Source of the DNA: Psilocybe cubensis
Taxonomy: Eukaryota
DNA length: 64,000 nucleotides
Assembly (NCBI GenBank): GCA_017499595.2
Contig: CM038999.1
Span: 682,001-746,000, forward strand
Reading direction: 5' to 3'
Shown here: positions 27,096 to 40,625 of the stretch, in pieces
How the letters are laid out: every line of letters begins with the position of its first letter
How positions within the stretch are numbered: the stretch's first letter is position 1
Translations under genes and position numbers: made by a program
Notes under the pieces: model-generated
Databases searched by the model: none
Seen by the model: only the letters and a program-made list of their open reading frames with translations
Told to the model about the DNA's origin: nothing

Positions 27096-28873
27096 GTCGC
27101 ATTCGAAATACTTCTCTCCAAACAATCAAACACCGCTACAAGGCCCTGCTTCATCCTTTGCGCTATATTGCCCCGGAGCTTCTGGAGTTAATATTTCTCT
27201 GTACCGTTAATGAACAACCAACGCCAATTCCAACCGTGGCAAAGGTGTGCCATCAATGGCGGGAGGTGGCCCTCATCACACCAAATCTATGGAGAAATAT
27301 TGTATTCAAGAGGAACTTGTGGGATTTCAAAGATCCAGACGAAGAGAAATACATGCAATTACTGGATATGCAGCTCAAACGACGAGGCCGTGCTCCTCTT
27401 CATGTTTTCATGGAATTCTACACTCTAAAACAAACCACACATCCCGGCGTAATCTCAATCCTATCTCTAACAAACGAATGGGAATCAGCGACCATCAGGG
27501 CCGATTACGACGTTTTGCATTCCTTTGACCAACCGGAACGCAGAGGCCGTTTTGCGTCTCTCCGCCGACTGAAATTGACCTCAAACTCACTCGGAAAAAT
27601 TAATTGGTCAAATCGTATCCACTTTCCAAACATGTTGTTCGCAATCGCACCTTTGCTTCGCGAAGTTCGCATTTTTGGGGTGTACAATTATTGCGATTTC
27701 CTCGTCCCGTGGTGGCAATTGGTAATACTTGATGATACCCAGAGATTCAAGGACGACACATTTAGCACGGCTGTACTAGATATCTTGCCTACGATGGGTC
27801 ATATACAAGAACTTAAATTGTCATGGGGCATTAGAGCACAGACGCATCTCCCATTCAGACTGCTATTTGACAACCTCGAGGTTCTGCACGTACAATTTTG
27901 GTCTCGATGTCACCGTGGACTGCTCGACAACCTCATACTACCGAATCTCATAGAACTCAAGATAACTGGACAACACAGAGACCCTACGGATAGCATCATA
28001 TCTCTGATCAAGGCCTCCTGGAATCGCACTTCCATGCTCCAAAAGTTGACTGTGCATCACGACTCTTTCCACTCTGCTCCCCTTGTAGAGCTTTTGTTGC
28101 TTACATCCCACTTGCGAGAACTCGAGATCACACTCCCTCAAAAACAGATCTTGCAGCGCTGATAGTTGACCAGGAACATCTGCTTGTGCCGGATCTCCGT
28201 GTGTTGCGTATCCTGGCGGATACCGTCTGTGGAGATGGAATTGCTGCCATCATACACAAAATTGGTGTCTCTCGTCTGATTGCTAATGATAACCCAGCCG
28301 CGCCCCTAGCGGTGTGCGTAACTAAACTGGACGAATTGACTGTAATATTTCCTACTGATGAAGATCGACTTTCTGAGCTCAAGTTTCTAGAAGACGGATC
28401 TGGATCATCCGCTGGCATACTCACAGTTTCACTTCCGGAGCAAATTCATGACTTTGTACGTCTATATCGGAAAATGGATTGTCCAGATCATTTTTATTGT
28501 GCAGCTTCATATTTTGAAGAAGTCATCGAGTCGTTGAAAGAATACAAGATTCAGGACGCTTGCTATCTAAATGTATGCCGCATTTGTTTTCTACTTTTGC
28601 CTCCCTTTTTCATGTTCCTCCAATTCAGAATTCTCAAGTCCATGTAATGCTCCACAGATTTTTAGTCAAAGGATTGAGTCGGTTGTGGGTGCTACCATAT
28701 AAGAAGGAAAAGCTCCTAGCGAAGCTCTGTCGACAAATTATCGGTAAATGGGAACCACTTCTTCTAGAAGATCTCCCAAACAGACACTGGGCGTTGATTG
28801 GAGCTAGCTCAGTCACTTATATAAGTGCGGACAATAGTAAGTAACTATTTTCCCGTATCATTCATGTGACCTC

Positions 28874-30195
28874 TATGGCTGTCCGTTTGCACATTTAATA
28901 CCAAAGTATAAACTTCTTTCCCCATACATATAAATCACAATTTTTCTTGAACCCAACTACATACCTTGGTGTCCCGGTTATACAGAGATAATTTCCGAGC
29001 ATAGAAGAAATTATTCCGGTCATTGTATTTGCATGCCCTTCAGTTTGAATGGGAGCTGCACACATAAGGGTATGCTATCCATACATAAAAAACTCAGTAC
29101 CATTATGGCTGTCCGTTTGCACATTTAATACCAATGTATAAGTTTCTTTCCCCTTACATATAAGTCATAATTCTACACGGTTCCGAAGATATACTTTGGT
29201 GTGTCCCGGTCATTGACAGATGGATTCCCAGCATGGAAGAAACCATCCCAGTCATTGAATTTACATGCCCTTCAGTTTTAATGGGAGGTACGAGCATAGC
29301 AGTAGTTCCCTCATATATAGAAAGACTAGTATCTCTCTTTCTAACTCCTTCCGCATATATAGAAACTTTCTTCCGCAGATATAGAGTCGTCGAGATGACT
29401 ATCACACATGCCGTCCTTGCCGGAGGCGCGTGGGAATTCGGTTTGCATCCCGCTGCAATCAATTGATACTCGTTGAGAAGCTAGGATGGATATTAGATTT
29501 TGTTCAAAGTCCTAATAGCATGTAGTGATTACTACAGACAGTTTTATGGCATGTCATGAATAGAAATATTCCACTTTCTCACTTATAACCTCAACTGCAC
29601 GTGTATTTAAACCTAGCACACCGGCTAGGCTTCAGTAATGGTGAATCGAAGCTCTTGTCTCCAATCAGATAGACGAGATACGTCTATAAGAAGCATACAC
29701 GCAAGCTTTTATAGTACGTATGAAGACTGTCTTTTCTCACTCAGCGTGTGTTGACTTCAAAAAACTGTAATGTGCTGAGATGTGTCTTGTCGATGGCCGA
29801 CATTTGCCGAATTCTCATGATTTCCCGGCTGACACGGCATAGACAAATGCCGAAAAATGACTCTATCTCTTTGGGACGGTGATATGTAAAATCAATAATA
29901 CACGGAGCCTGTAGATATGTGTAAGGGTACAAAACATTTATGAAAGGGTGTGGGTTTCCTATGTAAGGGATTGTAACTTATATATGTGGGCAGCAAAACT
30001 ATATGTATGGTACTCAATATTTCATCTGAGGGCACAACATTTGAATATGTGGATTTGGGATTTTCATGTGCGGTAACTTGCTGTCTGTCTGCGGATATCA
30101 TAAGATTTACGTACAGGACCATTTACTCCCTACACTTATATGTAAGGGGAAAGAAACTTATATATTGGCATTAAATGTGCAAACGGACAGCCATA
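28874..30195. mobile_element. Composite TIR element: 230-bp end of an A-type copy (28874-29103) fused to inverted full copy C (29104-30195); 6-bp TSD GACCTC
   Basis: TIR starts at 28874 and 29104, TIR end at 30195; GACCTC at 28868-28873 and 30196-30201. Confidence 0.9.
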
Positions 30196-30726
30196 GACCT
30201 CAGGGGACTCTTTTGAATATGATAACTTCCCAGAGTCACGCAAAATCGACCCTCAGAGCCTTATCTACGGCCCAACCAGCATCGAAGATATATATCTTTT
30301 CCGTCACTTAACGTCTGCAAACTACACACTTTTATAAAATTAATGACGAGACCACAAACATGAAATGAAATATATCAGACCTACTAAACTGTGCTGCTGA
30401 CTCTGAAGACCGTCTGGATGAGCCTGATACATTACAAAGACTCTCTGCTGCTGGTATCTTTCGAAGTAAACACGGATATAGCCCCTATCTGTTCTGCCTA
30501 AAAATAGTTCTTGGGTTTTGTTTGGCTACTTTGTCTGTTATAAACAACCACGACATCAAACGCAGGAAACCAACAGGAAACATGCGACTTGTTTGCCCTT
30601 TTACTTTCCAATTTCTTTCTTTCTTTTGACCCTGTACATTTACTGAGTCGGAGATTTCTGCTCTGAACCTGCTTTTCAACCGAAGGTACCCTTTAGTGCA
30701 CGCGAAACGAAACATTTTAGAAGCTT

Positions 30727-31788
30727 ATGGATTACGAAACCGAGCCGCAACACAATGAAATCAACTTGATTCGCCTGGTACGACGACTCGAGAAATCTGT
30801 AGCTAATGTAGATGACTGGAAGCCAAGCGCAAGCCTGCGCAAGGAGGAGATTTATCTAAGTGCATTGAAATCATTACAGGTGAGCTTGTTACAAACGTCA
30901 CCTGCGTGTTGAGTTCAAACGTATCTTTAGAATGTAAAGTTTGCAAAAAGGCTGGTTAAGAATATCGAGGCAGATGATTTTGAGCCACCACCGTTCGTCT
31001 CTTGAACATCTTCAAAGGCATTCAACTTACTTGGATACAGGAAAAAGTTGCAACGTCTCGACGACGCAAAGGCCAAGCTAGAGCGTGTCGAGTCCTTTCT
31101 CAGCAATGTAGAAAAGGTTTAGTTTTTACGTATACATGCCTTTAAGCATTCTAATTGATATATTCAGACGACAAAACCAGAACCTAAGGAACCTATTCCC
31201 ATACTCCCTACTCTACCTGTACCACGCCCTCCCCTGACCCCTTCACACATTGAACCGTCACAGCAGCAGCGATCCCAAAGTCCTACACCTCAAGAACTCA
31301 AAGAAAAATCGCCGTCACCCGCTTTATCGAAGAACAACTTATTTATCACTCCTCCTGACCCCGAAGAAATGTCTCCAACACTCATTACTACCGCCCTGCC
31401 CTCCCTTCTACCATCTTCGTATCCTCCAGAGACAGCAACCACATCCGCATTCTCGCGTAATTTCGGGCCTACACCTACTGCTCGTAAACTGGGAGGTACC
31501 CATGCGTCGACGGCCGTGCAAGAGGAGCTTTCGACCCAGCTTGAGCTCATGGCGCAGCAACTCAAACGCAATGCCATGCATTTCTCCACATCTCTGGAGA
31601 AGGACAAGGCGGTTGTGGAGCAAGCGCAGGCCAAGTTGGAGGGCAATTATGACATGATGCAGCAAGAACGGGTGCGGCTACGAGACCATAGCGGCAAGAG
31701 CAGGTCGACGACGTGCATGACCCTTGGAATTGTGATACTTGTTTTGTTGGTCTTCATGCTCATGGTTTCAGTTATCAGGTTTTCTTAG
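30727..31788 (+). CDS. USE1: ER SNARE Use1-like, multi-exon
   Basis: N-terminal EINLIRLVRRLEK; SNARE helix QEELSTQLELMAQQLKRNAMHFSTSLEKDKAVV..ERVRL; C-terminal TM anchor. Confidence 0.75.
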
Positions 31789-32065
31789 TTATATATCCCT
31801 TATGTGCATCATGGACATTAACTCTTATGTGTGGATACATTCCTAGCACTGCCCAAGGTCCTTGCTTGAGAACCTACGGTTGACCTACTTGAATGCACAG
31901 ATATCGAAGCTCCCAAAAACTTAGGCACAATCGGGCAAATATAAACTAATTCGTGGGAAACAGAAGCTTCAAGTCTTTTTCATTTTTTCTGTTGACTCTC
32001 GCCTGCCCCAATCTCTTTGACCACTTCCTCTTTTCACGCCCACTTTATACCAGATCAAACATATC

Positions 32066-33868
32066 ATGATACCCCAGTCTTGCGATCCATGCCAGCAAAC
32101 AGCCTGTTCTATTTTGCATGACGATTTACTCGTGAAATGCTCTCCAGAGAGATGCGACATTTGCATGCAACGGACCAAAATCGACGAAGAAATCACCAGA
32201 ATCCAGAATAGACTTGTCGAACTTGCCAACGACCGACTACAAATAAAACAACGGTTAAACGGTCGTCATGACCTTTTGACTTGCCGTCTCCCAGTTGAAC
32301 TGGTGTCGCGAATTTTCATTTTCGCCGTTCAATCGAGTAATTTCCCGCAAACAGGTCAACCACCTCCTCTCTGGAATCCTTCTATTCTTTTAAGCGCCGT
32401 ATGTACACGCTGGAGGTCAATTTCTCTCAGCACGCCCCAGCTCTGGTCGTCTATCACTATCAGGCTGAATCACCGGCATCCCAACGTTGATATCATCACG
32501 GAAATGCTACGTCGATCTCAGGCGCTTCCTCTTTCCATAAAGTTCGACAAATCTGTCTCTAACGAAGGAAGAAAAGAAGAATTTAACAATGTGTTAAAGG
32601 TTATACACCTGCATTGCGACCGCTGGAGAAGTGTCGAATTAGCCGATCTCACCTTTGACTTTGGAATCCTTTCTGGCCTTGAAGAAGCACATCCCATTGA
32701 TTGTCTTAGGCTCATTTCCGTTCAAAATTACCGAGTTCGCGATACGTTTCCCAGTCCGAACCCGAAGTACCTTGTTCCCACTACATTGTATATGAACGAC
32801 AGTTCTCTGATAATACCCCTGATACGTTTGGATAATTTGACCCATCTTGAAGTAGCGAGGGTCCCCACCGATCAAGTCCGAATAACCCATTTCACTCAGC
32901 ATGCTGCCTTGTCGTTCCCTGTTGATTCTTTACCTCCGACACCAATCGTCAACAACACTATAACACATGCTAAAATTCGATCTGGATTTAACGTGTCGTT
33001 CAACCTCCTGGAGTATCTTGCCCTCCTACAGTTAAAGTATTTCTATTACGATATTGGTCCGTCATCGAATCACCTCCTTAGACCTCTCCTTGCGTTTCTT
33101 CGCCGCTCCCAAGCTCATTTGGACGATTTCGCCTTCAATTTTACGGTGATTTCGCGTAATAAATCCACACAGCTTGATAATCGGTTCCACAAACTGTCCC
33201 AAATCACCCGTATCAAGTTGAAGGTATCGACTCGACCTAATCGACGCCTGGGCCCGTTGTTGGACAAGTTTTTAGGAGCGCTCGACAACAGGAATTCTGA
33301 CTCGTATTTTCCAAATCTTCGCGAATTGGAAATCATTGTACCACCCATGTTGATGTCGCCTGTATCGTGGTCCAAGTTTTCTTGTATCTTTCCGTCTTCG
33401 GGTGAATGTGAACAAATTTTCTTATCAAAAAATGGGTCAATTGGATAAATATGCTGATTTCTTTGTGGTGAACGTCCTTCAGCAACCGGGTTATCTTCTC
33501 GCAGTCACCAAAACCGGCATGTACGACCTTAAACTTTTGTCAAACTAGTAGAAAGGATAGATTTTAAGAGGTATGATAGCTGGGAAGTAGGATCAGACCA
33601 GGAATATACAGAAGAGAATACTTATGTGGAGGACACTGAGTCGGATGACACTTCAGATGAGGAGAACCTTCACGACATTTGTGGCTTCAAAGGGGGTATA
33701 ATCATGGACAGAACAACTTATGATCTCATAGTCCACGCTCGGAAGTCTGGAATATCTGTTGACTTAATCAATACCGACGGCTCTGATATTCTCGACAATG
33801 TTGCTAGGCTCGGGTTCGGTGAAGAGGATAACAAAAATGATCCTTCTACAGATCATTCCGCTTGCTAG
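32066..33868 (+). pseudogene. F-box/LRR-like gene with probable nonsense codon at 33530-33532
   Basis: RLPVELVSRIF..LSAVCTRWRSISLSTPQLWSSI; after putative intron 33402-33482 reads HVRP*TFVKL where the paralogue at 47739 has RPLKYVRI; homologous C-terminus (ARKSGISVDLIN) lies beyond the stop. Confidence 0.6.
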
Positions 33869-34011
33869 TCTTCCATGCCTTTGCATGGTCTAGTGTATGG
33901 ATGTGGATGTTTGATTTACAGTTAGGAGAATTGTAGTATAATTCAAAGCATGAGTTAGGAACGTAAAAATAAGTAGTAGGGAGTGTTGGGGATATATGAT
34001 ATACAAACAAT

Positions 34012-35476
34012 TCATTCTTTAATAGGTTGCCACTCTTCGGGTAACCACTCTCCTCGCCAGAGACCTAGGATGATGCTAAACTCAGGAATTTCCCTCATGT
34101 ACCCATTGTTGCATATTGGGTCCGTCCACCAAGGCAGAGTGATCGACAGCCACACCAACACCCACGTAAATCCGAGCAGCCTGACCGACCATGGGGGTAA
34201 CTTCTCATCATTTGCTCGAACATCGGCATCTGCGATATGTTTTGTTGTTTCCAGGTTGGCCTTAGCTTCCTTTGTGGTCGTGATTGACCCGACTAGTTTG
34301 AGGACGAAGTCTTCGATCGTGATACCGACAGCTTGCAGCATGAAGAATTGGAATGAGCCTGCTTTTGATATGCTTTGCAAAAACATTGCATCTCCCCCAT
34401 GGTGCAAAATGCCAGTTAAGGCGAAGACAACATAGAGAGTAAAAAAATTTGCAGCAGTGGATTTACGAGGAATACCCAATTTCTTCAAGAAATAGTTTGC
34501 ATGAGCGAGTCCAGCCTAAACGCATTGGTGGACGACGAATTAGAATATCGCTAAGACATGTATAGATAGTGGAGACGCACTCTTCTAAACATCTGATGCC
34601 ACATTTTGCTGATGAAAAGAGGATGAGAACGAATTTGTTGCGAACGAAGAGATTTACTTACCCCCACAGCCCGCGCAGGGAATATGCGTATTTAAATGAG
34701 TGGAATAAAGGTCGCCAATCTTCGGCATCGGAAATGCCAAACCCAACAAATATCATGGAAGCTATCTTGTGTTGGAATTGCACCATCAAATATATCCCCA
34801 CACCGTACAAAAATCCACCTAGACGCCAAAGTTGTTGGATCCCTTCTACCTTTGGAGTTGGGAAGCCGAAATAAGGGTTCGCACGAGCGACTATCTGCGT
34901 GACATCGTATATAAATATTCCGATGACTAGGTCGCGGAGTTGGCGCAGAACAAAAGCGCGTCGTGTTGGGAATGAAGGTCGGGGAGGTAGAATGTTGGTG
35001 GCCTCGTCCGAGTAGTTGATGGCGCGCGGATTGAACCAGACATCCATGAAGGCCCACTTCAAACGCGTCAAAAAAGGCTCTTCCGAGATACTTCTGCTCA
35101 GCGCTCCCTCCCTGATGTCATCATTTTTCTTCTGCTGCCTAACTTTTGCGCGTTTTGTAGGTTGTAAATCGTGTTGAATGTCGGATAAGAGGATATTGGT
35201 CGAAGAGAGTAGCAAAATAGCCGTGAGGCGGCATGCCATCCCCCAGCCACTGTTGGCAACATGCTCGAGGTGGATCATGTGCGTGCAGAATAGAGAATAG
35301 AGACATAGGATAGCAATAGGCACAAAAAAGACAAGCGGCCGATGCTTGAATGGTTTGACGGTGTAGGAGAGAATGAGGAGCACTTCAATGAGCACCCATA
35401 TCCTCGCTTTGAACCTGGGCTTCAAGCCTGGTTGGAATGTAAAAGGTAAGGCCGTCGTCGGTGAGGTCATATTCAT
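34012..35476 (-). CDS. Membrane-bound O-acyltransferase (wax synthase/MBOAT_2-like)
   Basis: Hydrophobic; DWRPLFHS..YSLRGLWGKMWHQMFR, VFALTGILHH, FFMLQAVGITIED, LGFTWV. Confidence 0.85.
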
Positions 35477-36033
35477 GGAGGTTCGACGTTGAAGATAGCG
35501 TTGAATAGGACCTGAGCCGTTCCCCACTTTTATTGTCGATCGCTACTGAATATGTTACAGATCGAATGGAGACGAAACTTGTCCGTGAAACGCTGGACAC
35601 TAGCGCTTAGTACGGGGATAGTTCGGCTCTTATCTCCAGCCAGTGACTCTGCTCGTCATCCCCCAGCGTGATGCTGCGCATCACATACTGAAGGTGCCTA
35701 ATTACATACCATGATTGACAAGCCTCAGGGCGCACACAGCGTCCCTGTTGAAACTGTAGGCTTGAAACTCTTGAATGGTAGTTTGACTGGAAAATATCGA
35801 GTTCGATGATTAAGGCATAGCATCCCGAACAGTTTAAAGCCATTCAGGTCAGCATCGATGCAGGATGCAATCCATAAAGACGAGAGTATGGGCTAACTGC
35901 CGACACGATGTGACTATATAGGTTTCGACAACCTTTTGACCTTTTGACGACGTAACACGTTGCCGGCTGTGCTGACAATCAATTTGAAAATTCTGTGATG
36001 GCGCGTTGTTCTCTTCTCACGTAAACCACCATC

Positions 36034-36719
36034 ATGTTCGCTCCTGCTGCGCGAAGCCTCCTCGCCACATCAGTGCGTGCATCGGCGAACCCAAAAAACG
36101 CATTCAACAAAGTTTATGGGTCCGCCAGGACAGTTGTTACTGTCAAAACTGTCAAGGTGTGTACACTCTCGAAAACCCGAATATACTACGTCATTTCTGA
36201 CATGCTTGGATGTGCAGTACACCGCGACGGCGAGAGCACAAGGCGCTGGACGGAATGGCACAGTCAAGTCGGGAAATCTCGATCTCAAGCTTGCATCTCC
36301 CAAGGAGCTAGGAGGAGATGGAAAGGGCGAGAATCCCGAGCAGCTTTTGGCCATGGGATACTCTGGTGAGTGTGGATATACGAATAAAGTCAACATCTAG
36401 CTCATGCTTTGAACACTAGCATGCTTCCTTGGGGCCGTGCAACTGCTTGCGAAGAAGCAAGGGAAAGAGGAGATGGCGAAAGCAGCTCAGATTGTTGCCA
36501 ACGTGAGCTTGGGCGAGTCGGCTGAAAAGCCTGGCTTTGGTTTGACTGTGGACATTCAAGCCGTGGGTATTGACGAGGAGTTGGCGCAGGCAGCCCATGA
36601 GGTACGTGTATGCGCTGTATTCCTCTCGAAATTGCGTGTTCATTAGGTCTTCACAGTTCTGCCCATTTAGCCGCGCCTTGACACAAGGTGCAGTTGTCAA
36701 TGTTTCTGTTTCCAAATAA
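36034..36719 (+). CDS. ohr: Ohr/OsmC-family organic hydroperoxide resistance peroxidase with probable mitochondrial presequence
   Basis: YTATARAQGAGRNG, PKELGG, NPEQLLAMGYSACF, AHEFCPFSRA (two catalytic Cys); Arg/Ser-rich, acid-free N-terminus. Confidence 0.9.
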
Positions 36720-36927
36720 ATTATATCTCCCAAATACCTGATCTTTGTAATTCGATACCTCTCATCAATGAAGCTTCAGTGAGTGCTTTTAAGCAGTATG
36801 TGAATTTAATTATACGACCTCGCAGGTCTGTTGAATGAGATACACAGATATTGCATAGGTATACAGATGCCAAAATATGAACGCGGGTATATAAAACTCC
36901 AATCAAGCAAAAAGAATAATCGAAAAC

Positions 36928-37670
36928 CTATGAAATGAACTTGACGATCCATGTTTCTGCCCACAAGGTGTCTCCAGGCATGCATCGTATCTTGGCCAAT
37001 TCATCGTCCTTTTCCAGCCCTCTAAAAAGGGTCACATCCCCTAAAAAGTCGATTCGCTTCAAAATTTTCTCCGAGCTCTTGTTAGCCTCGCATCGCTTCT
37101 TCATTGCTCCCTCCACCGTCGCTCTGAGATCCTTGTCCCTGATGATAAAGCCCCACTCGGAATCTCTGATTGGCTCTTGTAGGCTTTTGTATAGCGCGTT
37201 CCAAATGTCTTCACACGTAATGTTCTTGTGCGATGGAATGTCGATCTGCCATGGGAACGATCTGGAGATCAGGCGCAATTTTGTTGTTGGGTTTCTGAGC
37301 GCGAGCTCGTGTCGGTGGGCATGGAATGTGGAGGGAACGATAGCGGACGATGGCTCGATTCTGGTGTCGTACCGCAGCAGCGTGGTGTCCTCAGCAAGGA
37401 CTGGGTTTAATTTTGGGTATTTGAGTGATGCGAGTTGCGTGGCTGCAGAATAGGTCAGCTAATTGTTACCCACATTCACCACCGGAAAAACTTACCAGAA
37501 GGTGAAGTCAGACGATATGCCTCTGGATTCACGGGTGCTGGGTTGGCGGTGAAATTGTACCATCCATGGGCTACTGGAGGTGGTGGTGGGGCCGGCTGAT
37601 AATACGCTCTTGGGTCTGGTTGCATGTATCGCGGCGGGGCTTGCCATCCTGGTCCAGGCCATGAAGACAT
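36928..37670 (-). CDS. DUF6699-like fungal protein with Pro/Trp-rich N-terminus
   Basis: LNPVLA..LRYDTR..P, LISRSFPWQIDI, ITCEDIWNALYKSLQ, KRIDFLGDVTLFRGL. Confidence 0.7.
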
Positions 37671-39074
37671 TGTGTTGTAGCGGGGGTCCAAAGAATCTGT
37701 GGTGTACAGGGTGGATGGATTTTGGGTGGCAAATGAAGTGATGAGCAAAACACCCTCCACGGATGCCCATCTCCCTTTTTATATCTTATCCCAGCTGCGA
37801 GGTGAACCGCTACCGAGGGTTTCTCCGTTTGGTAGCACGGCGTGGGGACTGACCCGCCATGACTCAAGCGCTCGTTACCACGACCCGATGGATGTTCTTT
37901 TGGCGAATTTCAACACTGAAGGCTGTCCGAAGGGCCATGCCCATGTTCAAAATGCCATAGCTTGGTAAAGAAAACAAAGGATCTTTTTGCGTAATCTGTT
38001 AATCAATGCAGTGGTTGTCATTCGAATGTTCAACGTTCAAGTCGTACTACAAAGTCGTCATGAAGATTTTGGCAGATCCAGAGTTAGCCCAGAACAAGGT
38101 TCTCTGCCTTGACAATGGACACGCCAACAGCGCCTTTGTGCAGTAAATAGCATGGCCGAGTGCTACGCTATCACCTGGAAAATTGCATTCGAATCGTCGG
38201 GGCCGTGCGACTATGGTCCCATCACCGCCAAAATGGCTGTGCTAAGCAGGCAGTGCCTCTGAACTTAGTGGGTAGCGTGGCGTGTCATTTGGCCTCTCTC
38301 TGTTTTGCGAAATAACTTTCCTATCCCGGTAATTTTACTTAAGGAGATTATAACTGAAGTGAATAGAATCAATACTCTCCGTCAAGCTTTGAACTTGTAA
38401 GTATTGTCATCCGTCTATGATACTGCTAATTTGGCAGTCCCAGGACCCTGTGATCTATTCGAGAAGCCGTAAGAGGAGTCATTCCAGATCATAATAATTC
38501 CCTAGAACGGGTGCATTCGCAATCTGCTGTCCAGCGAAAGAACCTTCGAGAGTCCAGGGTGTCGAGACTGGAGTCGATCTGTCGGGACAGCGGAGCTGCG
38601 ATCCAATCACAAGTAAAGTTATTTTTACCATCTGTAGCGATGAGGACGCAAACGAGCTCTTATTCGAATGATTGGGATTCTCGGCTATCTGTGTATCAAA
38701 ATTTTTATCTATGTTGCATGGCCAGCTTTTATTTGTGGATTAACTGGGACTCGGGTTAGACCGTTGCCTTACCTGAAAAGTTCACTATCTTGACTTTGCA
38801 ATTGCAAGGCAATGACAACCTTAGCGTGGGTTTTGCTGTATAGCATTCCGCGAGAAGTGGCGCGTTGCGCTAGCACTTAGACAATGTCACAAAACTTTTC
38901 TGGCCATGACATTCTATCGACCGATGGAAACGGATGGAAGGTATAAACAGACGCGCGGCACCCAGATTAGCGCCCAGCGTTTCCCCGTTCACATGCTTGC
39001 GTGTACGTGGTAAGAAGCAAAGATACGTGGATTTAAATTTAATTAGAAGTGGAACTAAAAAGGCGACACTGGAA

Positions 39075-40609
39075 TTAACGCAAGCGGCACAGCTTGAAAA
39101 AATTTTCTCGCGGATTCAGAATCAAAGCAGAACGTTTGTAGGGAAAATCGATTAACTGTGCAAATGCATTAGCGAAAAAAGCTGGGATGGCATGCTGTGG
39201 GTAGTTGACATACTGTCTCGAGATGAAACCCAGATTTCGACCCAACTTTAATAATGGGCGTATTGGAATGATTGGGCTCTCCACAAACTCTGTCCGTCCG
39301 CGGGTCGGCGAGGAAAATGTAGTGAACAAGTGACCGGAGCCATATTTCGGCTGTAAAACCTGTGTCAGAAAACGCACGCGCGCCAGGAAGATGGATAGGG
39401 TAACGCACATCTTCCGCCACCAAGGAACTTGTCTTCGCCAACAAGAACGTGTATGCCGCGTTCCCAGTCCCCAGGCGTAATACCAGTAGGGTAGTGTTGT
39501 GCGACGTGGTCTTCCTTTACGTATACAATCTCAGTATATCCCATCAGCTCCCCGTCCCAGCTCATCATGCAGGGAAGGACATGCGGGTCCGCGAGGACGC
39601 CCTCGATGTAGTCTCTGTGCGTCTCGAGACTGCCTCGCTCGCCCCAAGCGCTGTTCACGCGCTCGTCGTTGTGCCACTTGTGGAACGCGGCCATGTGACG
39701 TGATAACCCCTTCGGCCCTGCGAGTACCTTTGAGCCATCGTGTACGCCTTCGAGGTCAAAATAGGTGATCTCAAAGGTCTGCTTCACATGGCTGCACCAG
39801 CGTCGATAAAGGACCTCTCCTGGCTGCGGCTTTGAGGGACGGAGGGGGTGTTGGGCGATAACTTTCTCGTTGCGTGTGAAAGCGGAGATGGATGGAAAGG
39901 GGATTTGGGGGTTTAGGATCCAGCTTAGGCGGTGGTATCCAGTCGTGCCGGCGCCTTGCCAGAACGTTGCACGGGAAAGGAACAGAATGTCGTCGGTCGG
40001 TATAGAATTTTTGGGAGCAATCCCTGAAGTTGGGTATGCGCGAGCAAGGCCTGTGGTAAGTAAATAGGATTTGAGCTCCTCGACATTGGGGATAGAAGGG
40101 GCGACGAAGGGAATGTATTCGTTGTCGGGGTATAATTGGAACAATGCATATATGCCCACCCAGAGTTCGGGTATGGATATATCATTTGAGCGAGGAGGTA
40201 GTGAATTTGAGAGGGGCGCACTGAGGATATACAGGTTGTATTTAGGTATGTGGGTCGTCGCTCCCTGGTATCGCGTGCCAATAGAAGTAATGTCAAAGGC
40301 GTATGATTTCGACGCCGAAATAGTGTAGCACAGAATTACAGAGCCATTGAGAATTATCTCATTCACTTTTTCTTCTCCAATTGCCAACGCAGTGGATACT
40401 TTTCCTCCGTCAGGAAGGACTAGGAGGAGGGTTCCCTGCTCCCGTTTCCCAGAGGAGCTGGTATGGTTGCGCAGGGTTTGCAGACGGCGTGTAGCGGCAG
40501 TGGAGGCTTCCATTTCTCTTCGTTCGTATCTGGTCAAAGAGGCAAAAATTTTAAGAGCAACCTCTACGGCAAGTGGTGCTACTGTCGAGGGAGAAGGAGG
40601 GTTCTCCAT
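39075..40609 (-). CDS. Siderophore-biosynthesis N-hydroxyornithine/lysine acyltransferase (IucB/SidF/SidL-like GNAT); true start possibly 40513
   Basis: HPLRPSKPQPGEVLYRRW, FHKWHNDERVNSAWGERG, GYTEIVYVKED, WERGIHVLVGE, FLADPRTDRVCGEP, IDFPYKRSAL. Confidence 0.88.
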
Positions 40610-40625
40610 GCGCTTGCATTTTGTA

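Larger units (their letters stand above)
25852..30337 (+). pseudogene. F-box/LRR-like gene disrupted by two TIR elements and a frameshift
   Basis: MPPVDHLFQSNQAPSD..KDGR|insertion|IRNTS..HPLRYIAPELLELIF..VAKVCHQWREVALITPNLW; frameshift near 28135; last intron holds copy C; final exon ..SRKIDPQSLIYG..TAA 30335-30337. Confidence 0.75.

Noticed and set aside
24621-30195. CRISPR-like array from the recurring ~31-bp sequence
   Set aside because: Repeats occur in inverted pairs ~1.1 kb apart with TSDs, so they are TIRs; eukaryotic context
34012-40609. Secondary-metabolite or siderophore gene cluster
   Set aside because: No NRPS, PKS, terpene synthase or ornithine monooxygenase in the window
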